A DNA stretch of 62,195 nucleotides, filler included. It is 8 parts of 8 records of this genome, joined end to end, with 100 filler letters (N's around TTAATTAATTAA, not from the genome) between each part and the next. Parts side by side here need not be neighbours in the genome. Positions count along the whole stretch, not along the records: positions 25,125 to 46,224 come from SRR20825010_6845; 7 more parts are not named here. One strand, 5' to 3'. Both the position numbers and the translations under genes were made by a program. The notes under the pieces are model-generated. The model was given only the letters and a program-made list of their open reading frames with translations. It was not told the DNA's origin and did not search any database. This document shows, in pieces, positions 31,438 through 41,956 of the stretch; the first letter of the stretch is position 1; each line of letters begins with the position of its first letter.

Positions 31438-32235
31438 ATGCAGACTTACGACATTCTGATGACGGTCATCCTGGTCGGCGCAACCTTGTTGGGCGCGATT
31501 CGTGGATTTGCATGGCAACTCGCATCAATCGCTTCCATCGTCGTCAGCTATTGCGTCGCGTACCACTATCGCGAACCATTCAGCCAGAACATTCATGCAG
31601 CTCCGCCATGGAATCAATTCCTGGCGATGTTCATTCTGTTCGTCGGCACGTCGTTCGTGATCTGGGTCGCACTGCGAATGGTCAGCGGAATGATCGACCG
31701 AATGCGATTGAAAGAATTCGATCGCCAAATCGGAGCTCTGTTTGGACTCGCCAAAGGAGCACTCCTGTGCACGATCATCACGCTCTTCGCGGTCACGTTA
31801 TTTGGCGAACGAACTCAACGAGCGATCGTCGCCAGCGAAAGCGGCCGCCTGATCGCTCGCGTGCTCGCCGAGTCCAATTCGATCATGCCACCGGAACTGG
31901 ACAGCGTCGTCCGACCGTACCTGGACCAGTTCAGCGACGAAGAACTGGGCGAGCCATCGGCCTCCGAAGGATCCTGGCTCTCGCAAACTCCGATCGCACC
32001 AAACGTCGATCCAAACTGGTCCCATTCGAACGCTTCATCGGCGAACAACTTCGCGCCGCAAAACGGCTTTCAACAAGCCCAAAATGCCCCGCGATCGCAG
32101 TCGCCATTTGGTGGATTTGGAGGAAGCTCAACACCGACGCCCAACCCGGATTTCAACTCCGCCGCACGCTCGCAACAACCGGCTCCGACTTGGCGTCAAT
32201 CCGCAACGCCGCAGTGGCAAACGCCACGACGATGA
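31438..32235 (+). CDS. cvpA: CvpA (colicin V production) family membrane protein with disordered tail
   Basis: MQTYDILM...GAIRGF, FDRQIGALFGLAKG. Confidence 0.88.
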   Translation: MQTYDILMTVILVGATLLGAIRGFAWQLASIASIVVSYCVAYHYREPFSQNIHAAPPWNQFLAMFILFVGTSFVIWVALRMVSGMIDRMRLKEFDRQIGALFGLAKGALLCTIITLFAVTLFGERTQRAIVASESGRLIARVLAESNSIMPPELDSVVRPYLDQFSDEELGEPSASEGSWLSQTPIAPNVDPNWSHSNASSANNFAPQNGFQQAQNAPRSQSPFGGFGGSSTPTPNPDFNSAARSQQPAPTWRQSATPQWQTPRR

Positions 32236-32516
32236 TCGCCCGCCATCTTGGAATCGCGATGACGGCGAACGATCGGGGCGGGGCGTGTTCGAGATCGCCG
32301 GGGCACAGCACGAAACCAACGCCCAGACGCAGAAAACGCCTGAAACACGGGTTTTACGCACCTCGAATACAACATAAGGGGCATTATCGGACGTTGCGGG
32401 GCGGTCGAAATCCGCCCTGATTCGCCGTGTCGATCCCATCTGCCTCTGAGCGTCCCGTCGAACAACCGGCCACCGAGACGTTCTCTCGGCGACCCAAAAT
32501 CCATCTCACGTCGATG

Positions 32517-33476
32517 TCAATTCTCTTCCAAGAAGACGCCGAGTTTGCGGAACTTTTCGTAGCGTTGCTCGAGCATCTGATCGACCGGCATCTCTTCCAG
32601 TTCAGACAACTGGCGTGACAGATAAGTCTTCATCCGAGTCGCCATTTGGTGATGGTCTCGATGAGCGCCACCGAGCGGTTCTTCGAGCACATCATCGACG
32701 ACGCCGAGACGCAACAAATGGTCGCTTGTGAACCGAAGTGCGGCCGCCGCCTTGGGCGCGTGTTCGTGGCTCTTCCACAGAATTCCAGCACAGCCTTCCG
32801 GGCTGATGACGCTGTAGTAAGCGTGCTGCAAAACCGCGACTCGATCGCCGACGCCGATTCCGAGAGCGCCACCGGATCCGCCTTCGCCGATGACGACGCA
32901 GATCACGGGCGTCTTAAGATCACTCATCATGAACATGCTTTCGGCGATCACTTGAGCCTGGCCACGTTCTTCGGCACCGATCCCCGGATACGCTCCCGGC
33001 GTGTCAATGAAACAAATGACCGGCAAGCGATATTTCTCGGCCATTTTCATTTTCACCATGGCCTTGCGATAACCTTCCGGATGAGCGCAACCAAAGTGAC
33101 AAGCCGCACGTTCCTTGTAGGTCCTACCTTTTTGGTGACCGATCACCATCACCTTGAATCGATCCAGCTTCGCGAAACCCGACAGCATCGCGCGGTCGTC
33201 GCCAAAGTGTTTGTCACCGTGCAATTCGACAAATTCGTCAAACGCTAAGTTGAGGTAATCGCGCGTATAAGGACGGTTCTTATGACGAGCCACTTGGACC
33301 GTTTGCCAAGGGTCCAACGATGAGTACGTCTCTTTCAATTTGGCAACACGAGCCAAACGTAACGATCGAATCGCTGAGTCAATTTCTTCACTGCGATCAG
33401 TGTTCCGTTCCAGCGAAGCGATTTGCTCCTCCAGATCCGCGATCTCATTTTCGAATTCTAATCCGGGTCCGGCCAT
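32517..33476 (-). CDS. accA: Acetyl-CoA carboxylase carboxyltransferase alpha subunit
   Basis: ELHGDKHFGDD, PEGYRKA, IDTPGAYPG, GEGGSGGAL, YSVISPEGCA. Confidence 0.98.
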   Translation of the reverse strand: MAGPGLEFENEIADLEEQIASLERNTDRSEEIDSAIRSLRLARVAKLKETYSSLDPWQTVQVARHKNRPYTRDYLNLAFDEFVELHGDKHFGDDRAMLSGFAKLDRFKVMVIGHQKGRTYKERAACHFGCAHPEGYRKAMVKMKMAEKYRLPVICFIDTPGAYPGIGAEERGQAQVIAESMFMMSDLKTPVICVVIGEGGSGGALGIGVGDRVAVLQHAYYSVISPEGCAGILWKSHEHAPKAAAALRFTSDHLLRLGVVDDVLEEPLGGAHRDHHQMATRMKTYLSRQLSELEEMPVDQMLEQRYEKFRKLGVFLEEN

Positions 33477-33479
33477 CGC

Positions 33480-34424
33480 TTAAATTCCCTCTTCTTCGTC
33501 GCTGGTAGGTTCGGGGCGTTTGATCATGTCCTCGGGCGACTTCATGGAAGTGTCATCATCGAAGATGGTCACTTCAGGTCGACGAGGACGTTTCCGCCAA
33601 ACTTCGATGTTGCGGAAGACTTTCAAAAATTCCCAAACCGATGGCGGCCGAGCATCGGGCGACTTCGCCATCATGCTTTTGACCAAGTCCGCAAAATCTT
33701 TGGTCACGTTGTCGTTGTAGACAATTGGACTCGGGATCGATGCCGACAAGTGTTTGGAAAGGAGATCGTTGGGAGTCTGACCGGTGTAAGGCGGCTTGCC
33801 CGTGCAGGCTTCGAACAGCACACATCCAAACGAATAAATGTCACTGCGTTCGTCGCAAAGCTTCCCGCGAATTTGTTCGGGAGCCATGTAGCTGCGCGTG
33901 CCCTGGATGTTCTTTGCCTTGTAGAACATCTTGCTCAAACCGGTTCGCTTCGGTTCGGTGATTGTGAAGTCAATCAGCTTGGTCTCGCCGGTATGAGAAA
34001 CCAGATAATTGTCTGGTTTGATATCGCGGTGGATCCAATTCTTTGTGTGCATGTAGTAGAGGCCTTCGGCGGCTTGCTCGATGATTTTGTCGAGCATGTA
34101 GGCCAGCGATTCGGGGCCCTTGCGAAGTGCTTGCTTCATGTTCATTTCACTGAACAATTCCAACACCAAAAACGGGCGACCGTTTTCGACGCGGTGATCG
34201 ATCATCTTGATGATCCGCGGACTGTTCAGCGCTTTGCCGACGTTGTACTCATGTTTCAGTGACGCCAACTCAGCTTTGTCGTTTGACATCGACTGCCGCA
34301 AAATCTTCAGCGCGTATCGCTTTTGATCCCCTTCATCAATCGCTTCCCAAACTTCGGCGGTCGACCCAATACGGATCAGACGAGCGAGTCGGTAAGGACC
34401 TAGAAAGTCGCGTGATTTAGACAT
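33480..34424 (-). CDS. Cytoplasmic Hanks-type Ser/Thr protein kinase
   Basis: ALK, HRDIKPDN, IDF, GTRSYMAPEQ, SDIYSFG; ATG 34424 preferred. Confidence 0.93.
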   Translation of the reverse strand: MSKSRDFLGPYRLARLIRIGSTAEVWEAIDEGDQKRYALKILRQSMSNDKAELASLKHEYNVGKALNSPRIIKMIDHRVENGRPFLVLELFSEMNMKQALRKGPESLAYMLDKIIEQAAEGLYYMHTKNWIHRDIKPDNYLVSHTGETKLIDFTITEPKRTGLSKMFYKAKNIQGTRSYMAPEQIRGKLCDERSDIYSFGCVLFEACTGKPPYTGQTPNDLLSKHLSASIPSPIVYNDNVTKDFADLVKSMMAKSPDARPPSVWEFLKVFRNIEVWRKRPRRPEVTIFDDDTSMKSPEDMIKRPEPTSDEEEGI

Positions 34425-34665
34425 CGAGCGGCTGGGGCTTTGTCGGAAACGGGACGATCGAGTTGAACGATCAAAACGATTTTGTGGCCTCGCATGATAG
34501 TCCAACCGCCCCCACAGCCGAAAGACGTGTGCCCGGCACCGTAAATCGCTCGGCGGGAGGCGGGATACCGCCATGGGAATCGGCGTTTCCGCTCGTCACC
34601 ACCCTGCCCTCCTCGGCTCACCAAATCAGTTCCAAACGCGGAACCGCCCGGTGGCGAACCTCCGT

Positions 34666-35910
34666 TCAGCGAGCAGAAATCAGACCCGCATACAGCTCGC
34701 GGATCCGTCGGGTCATCGTTTCGTGGCGGAACAGGTCGGTGAATCGAGTTCGCCCCTCTTCCCCCATTCGTCGGCGAAGCTCCCGGTCGCCAACCAAACG
34801 AATCATTCGGTCCGCCAAGTCAGCGACCTGCCCTGCCCCAACCAAATACCCGGTTTGATCATCGATCACGACTTCCCGAGCTCCGTCGATGTCATAGCTG
34901 ATCGCCGGGCGACCGGCGATCAACGCCTGAGGTAAGGCTCGAGCCAGGCCTTCTCGGTAGGACGCGTGAACCAAAATGTCCATCGCCCCAATCATGGCGG
35001 GGACCTCCGACGGAGGGACCAAGCCGGTGAAGATGAAGTGTTCCTTCAGTCCCAGCGATTCGATTTGTTGTTCCAATTCCCCTCGCAAGATTCCGTCTCC
35101 GACCAGCAGAAACCGAACGTTGGGATGGCGATCCGCGACCAACCTGGCGGCAGGAACCAAATCAGCATGACCTTTCAAATGAAACAATCGAGCGATCTTG
35201 CCCACCACAACATGCTCGTCTCGCAGGCCGTACCTTTGCCGAACAGCCTCGCGGTGATCCACCGCACGAACGAATGGGTCGACATTCATCCCGCTGTGAA
35301 TCGTCACGAATTTTTCGCGTGGTGCGACGCCCGCTTCCACCATCAAATCCGTCATCGCGTCCGCGACGGAGATCAGCTTGTGGCAACGCGAAGCGGCCCA
35401 CCGTTCACAACGAACAAAGAAGTCATGAGCCAATTTGGATTGGTACTCATGGAACGGTGCCCCGTGGACCGTATGAACGACAACGGGACGCTTGCCGGTG
35501 GAGGCTCGTTTCAATCCCCAACCCACGTGTCGGCCTAGCAGACCGCCCTTTGCGCTGTGCGTGTGGACGACGTCGGGATCAAAGTCCAATAGAATCCGCC
35601 GCAGATCACGCGTGGCATTCCAGTCGTGAAGCGGATGGATTGCCCGACGCAGCGAGTCAATCAACTCGATTGGCAGGCCGTCCAGTTCAAATCGCCCTGC
35701 CCTGCCCTTTGAATCGTTCGCCGAATCTCCAATGTCACTGGAGTCTGTGCGAACACGTTCGGAGAGCAAGTCTCCTTCCGGTCCAACAGCAGGCCCGGTA
35801 ACGAGCAAGACCTCGTCCCCATGAAGGTGAACGAGGTCCTGGCAGTTGTGCAGCGTGTTTTCTTGCGCACCACCAATGATCATTCGGGTGATCACATGGG
35901 CGATACGCAT
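34666..35910 (-). CDS. Glycosyltransferase family 4 (GT-B)
   Basis: IIGGAQENT, DVVHTHSAKGG, IARLFHLKGH, SYREGLARALPQA. Confidence 0.93.
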   Translation of the reverse strand: MRIAHVITRMIIGGAQENTLHNCQDLVHLHGDEVLLVTGPAVGPEGDLLSERVRTDSSDIGDSANDSKGRAGRFELDGLPIELIDSLRRAIHPLHDWNATRDLRRILLDFDPDVVHTHSAKGGLLGRHVGWGLKRASTGKRPVVVHTVHGAPFHEYQSKLAHDFFVRCERWAASRCHKLISVADAMTDLMVEAGVAPREKFVTIHSGMNVDPFVRAVDHREAVRQRYGLRDEHVVVGKIARLFHLKGHADLVPAARLVADRHPNVRFLLVGDGILRGELEQQIESLGLKEHFIFTGLVPPSEVPAMIGAMDILVHASYREGLARALPQALIAGRPAISYDIDGAREVVIDDQTGYLVGAGQVADLADRMIRLVGDRELRRRMGEEGRTRFTDLFRHETMTRRIRELYAGLISAR

Positions 35911-35918
35911 GAAAGGTC

Positions 35919-36737
35919 TTAAGCCCCGAACTCTAAGCGACGAACGCCGAGTTGCTGTTGCAAACGATTGACGATAGCGGTGTGCATTTGGCTGACGCGA
36001 GATTCAGACAGGTCCAACGTGGCCCCAATCTCCTTCATCGTCAGTTCTTCGTAGTAGTACAGGATGATGATCAGACGCTCGTTGCGGTTCAACCCTTTGG
36101 TGACCAAACGCATCAGATCGTTTTTCTGGACGCGACGAGTGGGGTCTTCCCCCTTCTTGTCTTCCAGGATGTCAATCTCACGAACATCTTTGTAGCTGTC
36201 CGTTTCGTACCACTTTTTGTTCAGCGAGACGACGCCGACGGCGTTGGCTTCGCTCTGCATCTTTTCCACTTCTTTGACGTCGATCTCCATGTGAGCCGAC
36301 AATTCTTGGACGGTTGGTGCTCGACCAAAGCGGGCTTCCAAGGTCTTCGTCGCGGTGGCCAGTTTGCTGGCTTTGCTGCGAACCAAGCGAGGCACCCAGT
36401 CCATTTTGCGAAGTTCATCGAGCATTGCCCCACGAATTCGAGGCACGCAGAACGTTTCGAACTTCACGCCGCGTTCGGTGTCGTAGGCGTCGATGGCGTC
36501 CATCAGGCCGAACATGCCAGCACTGATCAAGTCATCTAGTTCCACGCCATCGGGCAGACGTTGCCAGATGCGTTCGCCGTTGTAGCGAACCAATTGCATG
36601 TAGCGTTCGACCAACTGATTCCGCAGCGGCTCGTAATCAGGCGCATCTTTCGTGGTGGATTTGAAAGAAGTCCATACCTTCAAGATCGGGTCGTCAGCAG
36701 TTGCGGTAGCCGGCATAGAATCCTCCGTGATGATCAC
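35919..36737 (-). CDS. fliA: Flagellar sigma factor FliA/WhiG (sigma-28)
   Basis: DDLISAGMFGL, RIRGAMLDELRKMDWVPR, LYYYEELTMKEIG, SESRVSQMH. Confidence 0.96.
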   Translation of the reverse strand: MIITEDSMPATATADDPILKVWTSFKSTTKDAPDYEPLRNQLVERYMQLVRYNGERIWQRLPDGVELDDLISAGMFGLMDAIDAYDTERGVKFETFCVPRIRGAMLDELRKMDWVPRLVRSKASKLATATKTLEARFGRAPTVQELSAHMEIDVKEVEKMQSEANAVGVVSLNKKWYETDSYKDVREIDILEDKKGEDPTRRVQKNDLMRLVTKGLNRNERLIIILYYYEELTMKEIGATLDLSESRVSQMHTAIVNRLQQQLGVRRLEFGA

Positions 36738-36858
36738 TGATTGCTAACTTCATGTCCGCATCGGAAATCCGCTGCGTGTCCGTCACTAGCAATGAAATAA
36801 GTCTTGGTGTGTTTGAACGTGCGAGTCAATCAGCATCCGTGCCGTCAACAGTCCGCCG

Positions 36859-37128
36859 TCACTTGGTTTGGTTTTCGGTTTCTTCCGATGCCGTTTCGGC
36901 GACACCTTCCTGAAACCACTTCACTCGTTTGCGATACAAGTCTTCCACTCCGTCTCGGATCAACTGATCCGCAATGGCCCCTGCCAAACCTCCGATGCCC
37001 ATGAAGACGATCAGAGTTCCGATCGCTTCGGAAGCAACGTCTCCGGCCATCTCTCCATGCCAGATTCCGCGAAGGACAACCAGTCCCATGGCGAAGGATC
37101 CAAGCGATAGAGCCAATGATCGGGTCAC
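36859..37128 (-). CDS. Small two-TM hypothetical protein between flhF and fliA
   Basis: Two hydrophobic helices and an acidic tail; GTG 37128 or TTG 37140 start. Confidence 0.7.
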   Translation of the reverse strand: MTRSLALSLGSFAMGLVVLRGIWHGEMAGDVASEAIGTLIVFMGIGGLAGAIADQLIRDGVEDLYRKRVKWFQEGVAETASEETENQTK

Positions 37129-37306
37129 GTCACCGTCCAAACAGTGGAGGCAGGCCAGAAAATAAAAACGGGTCGAATTCTTCTATCCCAAACTCGTTAA
37201 ACGGACACTTCAAAAAAAGTCTCAAGTGACTTTCGTCGATCACGTGCCGTCGCAGTTCAGAGTATCGGTCAGCTTCCCGTTGATACTTCAGTCAAACTTT
37301 TCGAAA

Positions 37307-38701
37307 TTAGGCCGCCTCGCCGTAGTGCAAAGATTCGTACCCGTCCATTGTTTCAAATCCCATCTCCCCCAATCCAGCCGTAGGCATGTGCGGCAACAAT
37401 TGTGCCACCAGACCCGAAGCGTCAGCCACGGCGATGTCATCGGGAACTTGCTGACCATTGGTCAAATAGCTCAGCGGCGGCGCGACGACGCGATCACGCC
37501 CCGTCAACGCAGCCAGCACAGATGCCATACAAGGTGTCTCATCAAGCTTGGTCAGTGTGACCGCATTGGCTCGCACCGGTGCGAAACCTTCTAGCGTCGT
37601 TCGAATGTTCTCACCCGAACTGGTCGCACTGAGTACCAAGTGTGTTTCGTCAGGATGCGCCGCTCGCAGAAACTCTGAGAGCTGTTCAATGCGGGCATCG
37701 CTTCGTGGACTCCGGCCCGCGGTGTCGATCAGGACCAGATCAACATCGCCGAGCGCACTGAGTGCCGTTTCCATCTGTTCGGGTTTCTCAACGACTTGCA
37801 TTGGCAAGTCCATGATCTCGGCGTAGGCCTTCAGTTGCTGGACCGCCGCGATTCGGTAGGTGTCAATCGTTAGCAAACCAACACGCCGTCGGGCTTCGAT
37901 ACGAAAACCTGCCGCGAGTTTGGCGACCGTCGTTGTTTTGCCAACGCCTGTTGGTCCAACCAACGCGACCACGTGACGATCACCTGGCTGAGTTCGGATG
38001 GGTCCACACAGGTTCAACTCCCGAGCCACTGCTCGTTGCAGGTGTTCCATCCAACGCTGGTCAGACTGAACCGCTGATTCGGAATTCGCGATTCCCGCAG
38101 CAAAACTGGACGCCGAAGCCATCCATCTGCGAGCGGTGGATTCTTCCACTCCGGCCTGAAGCAATCGCAACGAAAGCGAATCTGCAGGACTCAGTTCACC
38201 CGATGCGTAACCGGCACCGTAGAAACCGCCCTGCCCTGCCCCATTGCCCGCGTTGCCAAAACCTTGGATCCCGGTGCCTGAGGAATGTTGGTGTGACGCA
38301 TCATAATTTTGATACGCCGCATCCATGGGATTCTGTCCCGAAGAAACCGGTGCTGCGCCGGGATTGATTGTGCCGGCGTTGATATTGGGTGTCCCGGTCG
38401 GCGACGTGCCATAACCAGAGGATGCCGCGACGGAATTGACCGAACGGACATCAGCGGGCTGCAACGGTTCGTCCGCGTAGTTCGCTGAAACGCGACTGCC
38501 GGATGCATCGTGCGAAGTTCCATCCGCAGGACCGCTGTGCAACCCCGCAGTGACTTCCACATGAGTCCGGCCAAGCCAGCCCATCCAGCCATTGCGGACC
38601 TGCCGCGTATGAAGCACGGAAGCTTCCGGGCCCATTTGATCTCGGATGTCTGCAAGGGCTGCTTGCAGATTCGCTGCTCGAAAAGTTCGGATATGCATCA
38701 A
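37307..38701 (-). CDS. flhF: Flagellar biosynthesis SRP-type GTPase FlhF
   Basis: MHIRTFRA N-terminus, GPTGVGKTTT, DTYRIAA, DTAGRS, TKLDE, GQQVPDD. Confidence 0.96.
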   Translation of the reverse strand: MMHIRTFRAANLQAALADIRDQMGPEASVLHTRQVRNGWMGWLGRTHVEVTAGLHSGPADGTSHDASGSRVSANYADEPLQPADVRSVNSVAASSGYGTSPTGTPNINAGTINPGAAPVSSGQNPMDAAYQNYDASHQHSSGTGIQGFGNAGNGAGQGGFYGAGYASGELSPADSLSLRLLQAGVEESTARRWMASASSFAAGIANSESAVQSDQRWMEHLQRAVARELNLCGPIRTQPGDRHVVALVGPTGVGKTTTVAKLAAGFRIEARRRVGLLTIDTYRIAAVQQLKAYAEIMDLPMQVVEKPEQMETALSALGDVDLVLIDTAGRSPRSDARIEQLSEFLRAAHPDETHLVLSATSSGENIRTTLEGFAPVRANAVTLTKLDETPCMASVLAALTGRDRVVAPPLSYLTNGQQVPDDIAVADASGLVAQLLPHMPTAGLGEMGFETMDGYESLHYGEAA

Positions 38702-40761
38702 TCACTCACCACGCCGTGTGACTGGATTTTTGTGTCTTGTGTGATTTCGTTGTACGACAACACACGAACGCGGGGCATCGATCCTGCGATGATCTGGCGA
38801 AGTCCCGGACGAATCCGCGGACTAACCAAAATGATCGGGGTATGTCCCAACGTGATTAGTTTCTTAACGGCTTGGGAGATTTTGTCGCAAGTCGAGTCCA
38901 CCGCTTGAGGACTCATCCGAACAAAAAGTCCTCGCTCGGTATGTTCGATTCCTGCCGCAATGCGGTCTTCCATCGCTGGGTCGAGCGCCACCACGTGGAG
39001 TTGGCCCAATTCGTCGCGGTAGCGTGTGCTGATCGTTCTCGCCAAACGGTGACGAACATATTCGCTGAGCCAAATCGGATCCTTCGTCCGCCCCGCATGA
39101 TCACCCAGAGTCTCCAAGATGATGGCCAATTGTCGAATCGGCACATCTTCGCGAAGCAACGTTTGCAGGACCTGTTGGACATCGCTGATCTTCAGCATGC
39201 CTGGAATCAATTCCTCCACGACCGCCGGGGCCGCGTCTTTCAATTCGTCGATCAAATGCTTCGTTGCATCGCGGGTCAACAGTTCGTCCGCATGACGGCG
39301 AGCCAACTCCTGCAAGTGAGTCGCCAAGACCGCACCAGGTTCGACCGTTGTGTAACCATAAATCGCGGCTTGTTCACGGCGGATCGGATCAATCCAAACC
39401 GCTGGTTCGCCGAACGTTGGATCTTTTGTCGGTTCGCCGTCGATGACACCGGTCGTGTGCCCGCTGTCGATTGCTAGCAAGCGATCCGGCAGGACGCGTT
39501 GTTTGGTCAGTGGGTTTCCGGCGATTCGAATTTCATATTCGTAGTCGTGCAAATTCATGTCATCGCGAATCCGCACCTTGGGCAGCACGACACCGATGTC
39601 GCCCGCGATTGAATGCCGGACACCCGTGATCCGCTGCATCAAATCACCGCCACGGTTCGGGTCCGCCAGCGACAACAATCCCAGACCGATGGCCAATTCC
39701 ATCGGGTCCACGTTCAAGTAGTCCTCGACTCGCTTTTCAGCCGGCGCGGACGCGGCCGCCTGCTCGGCTTCTTCAGCGTCCAACTCATCTTGTTCGTCTT
39801 GTTTGTTTTGTCGGTTCATAACAACGGCCAAACCGATGCAACTGGCTCCCAACGTCGCCATCGGCAGTGCTGGCAAGCTGGTCAAAATCAACAAAGACAG
39901 AAATCCACCGGCAACAGCGAGTGCCTTTGGATTGCTGAACAACTGCTGCAAGAACTGCTCAGGCAAACTGGCTTTGCGAGCACTTCGGGTGACCAACAAA
40001 CCCGCGGCCAGCGAGATCAATAGCGCGGGAACCTGACTGACCAAACCGTCACCGATGGTCAGTTTCGTGAACAGTTCGGCTGCCTCCGACACGGTCATTC
40101 CGTATCGCATCACCCCGATGTACAGACCACCGGCCACGTTGACCAACGTGATCACGATGCCAGCGATGGCATCCCCGCGAACAAATTTACTGGCACCATC
40201 CATCGCCCCATAAAAGTCGGCCTGGTTGGCGATCTCTTCGCGACGGCGTTGTGCTTCTTTTTCGTCGATCAAACCCGCGTTCATGTCGGCATCGATCGCC
40301 ATCTGGCGACCTGGCATCCCGTCCAACGCGAATCGGGCGGCAACTTCACTGATCCGAGTCGCACCCTTGGTGATCACAATGAATTGAATCAAAACGATGA
40401 TCACAAAGATGATGATCCCGATTTCGATCCTGTCCCCGGCAACAAACTCACCGAAACCTTGGATCACACCGCCGGCGGCACCGCCGCTGCCGGATTCGGT
40501 ACTGGTCAAAATCAACCGTGTCGTAGCGACGTTCAACACCAACCGAGCAAGTGTTGTGGCCAGCAACAACGATGGAAAAATGCTGAATTCAAGCGGAGTC
40601 GAGACGTAAACCGTCGTCAGCAACACGATCACACCCACGGTGATGTTGGTTGCCAACAACAAGTCCATCAAAAATGGTGGAAGCGGTACGAGGATGACCA
40701 CCAAACAAGCGATGATGCCAATCGGCAACACCAAATCTCGGTAGCGCATCAATAACTGCAT
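38698..40761 (-). CDS. flhA: Flagellar export gate protein FlhA (start may be ATG 40749)
   Basis: FHIPEP motifs RISEVAARFALDGMPGRQMAIDAD, DFYGAMDGASKFVRGDA, LTIGDGLVSQ. Confidence 0.97.
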   Translation of the reverse strand: MQLLMRYRDLVLPIGIIACLVVILVPLPPFLMDLLLATNITVGVIVLLTTVYVSTPLEFSIFPSLLLATTLARLVLNVATTRLILTSTESGSGGAAGGVIQGFGEFVAGDRIEIGIIIFVIIVLIQFIVITKGATRISEVAARFALDGMPGRQMAIDADMNAGLIDEKEAQRRREEIANQADFYGAMDGASKFVRGDAIAGIVITLVNVAGGLYIGVMRYGMTVSEAAELFTKLTIGDGLVSQVPALLISLAAGLLVTRSARKASLPEQFLQQLFSNPKALAVAGGFLSLLILTSLPALPMATLGASCIGLAVVMNRQNKQDEQDELDAEEAEQAAASAPAEKRVEDYLNVDPMELAIGLGLLSLADPNRGGDLMQRITGVRHSIAGDIGVVLPKVRIRDDMNLHDYEYEIRIAGNPLTKQRVLPDRLLAIDSGHTTGVIDGEPTKDPTFGEPAVWIDPIRREQAAIYGYTTVEPGAVLATHLQELARRHADELLTRDATKHLIDELKDAAPAVVEELIPGMLKISDVQQVLQTLLREDVPIRQLAIILETLGDHAGRTKDPIWLSEYVRHRLARTISTRYRDELGQLHVVALDPAMEDRIAAGIEHTERGLFVRMSPQAVDSTCDKISQAVKKLITLGHTPIILVSPRIRPGLRQIIAGSMPRVRVLSYNEITQDTKIQSHGVVSD

Positions 40762-40960
40762 CGCCGGTCGTTCCTTCGGGCTTGAGCGTACTCATCTCAT
40801 GGCGGCACCATCCCGGTGCTACCCAAGCCCGACGGTATCAAAACTCTTTTTTCGTCGAAAGTGAAGAATCCGACTCAAGTTAGGAAGATGAACAACCGAA
40901 AGAGCACGCGTCCTTTTCGATCGGACCAGTTTCACGCCGTGGTGCCAAGCCAGAGCGGCT

Positions 40961-41839
40961 TCAAGCCTTGACTTGCAATCCAGAAAACGCTTTTTGCAGC
41001 CCTAGTTTGCTGATTTCGGCTTGGATCGCTTTTGCATCAGCGTTTTCCAACGTCAACGAGATTTCGTCGGCCAACAGCTGAGCGAACAGTGACCGAGCGA
41101 TCGGCAATTGACGCTTCACCTCGGCGGCGGACACGCTGCGTTCGGCCAACTCAGCGACTCGACCAGCAATCACCTCGGAAGATTCCCCCGAATGGTCCGC
41201 GACCATTCGCATCACATCGTGAACCAAATCATTGACCGGCTCGTCGGCCACCACATCGGCATCGCCCGCATCGACTTCGCCCGATTCAATTCGGTGAGCT
41301 CGCGTTCTTTCTCGATGCTGTTCACGTTCGAGAGCCCGCCAAGTCCTCTGCAGCAATCCTTCTCGCCAGTAACTGAGCCACCGGCGTGATTCCGTTTTGG
41401 CGGAATCCAAATCCAAGTCACGCGGACGGAACGATTCGCCCGCTTTCTTCGCCTTGCTCTCAATCTCGGTTACCCGAGCCTTCGCGGCGGAGCGAAGCCC
41501 CAAAATCAAAAAATCTCGCAATCGGCCCTTCGCGTGCCCGGAATACCCAGCTTTGACCAAATGTGAAATCAGAATCGCCAACGCCCGATCCGCATCCGAT
41601 TCGCTACCTAATACATCCGTCAGCAACCGACGCATCGGCGGCAAATACCGCAGCACAAACCCGGCGGCGCTGCCCGCACCGGTCCATGTCTGCCGAGATC
41701 GACTGAGCCGAACCTCCGAAGAGCCGGTCAGCGATGAAGCTGACAGATCGCCCGCATTCGCTGACTTCGATTGCTCTTGCCGAGCCGAAGCGTCAGTGCC
41801 AGTCGAAGTGTTGGGATGAGTAACGGCCGGAGGATTCAT
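40961..41839 (-). CDS. Hypothetical protein, probable divergent ECF sigma factor of the kinase-associated type
   Basis: FVLRY..MRRLL...SDADR, KGRLRDFL, WREGLLQRTWRAL and a C-terminal helix-turn-helix-like segment; directly downstream of a Ser/Thr kinase. Confidence 0.6.
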   Translation of the reverse strand: MNPPAVTHPNTSTGTDASARQEQSKSANAGDLSASSLTGSSEVRLSRSRQTWTGAGSAAGFVLRYLPPMRRLLTDVLGSESDADRALAILISHLVKAGYSGHAKGRLRDFLILGLRSAAKARVTEIESKAKKAGESFRPRDLDLDSAKTESRRWLSYWREGLLQRTWRALEREQHRERTRAHRIESGEVDAGDADVVADEPVNDLVHDVMRMVADHSGESSEVIAGRVAELAERSVSAAEVKRQLPIARSLFAQLLADEISLTLENADAKAIQAEISKLGLQKAFSGLQVKA

Positions 41840-41956
41840 CCTCGTATTCTAACTCAGTCCGGTCGCCAGGTAGACGTGTAGCTCCCCGAAACCCCGCATC
41901 TTGTTGCCAAATTCGGTTCGCAATGACGTTCCCACTTTCAAGAAACCAGCCTCCTC

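Noticed and set aside
31512-32420. 302-aa alternative-frame ORF overlapping cvpA
   Set aside because: Arg/Ser-rich composition typical of off-frame GC-rich sequence; the cvpA frame has the family motifs.
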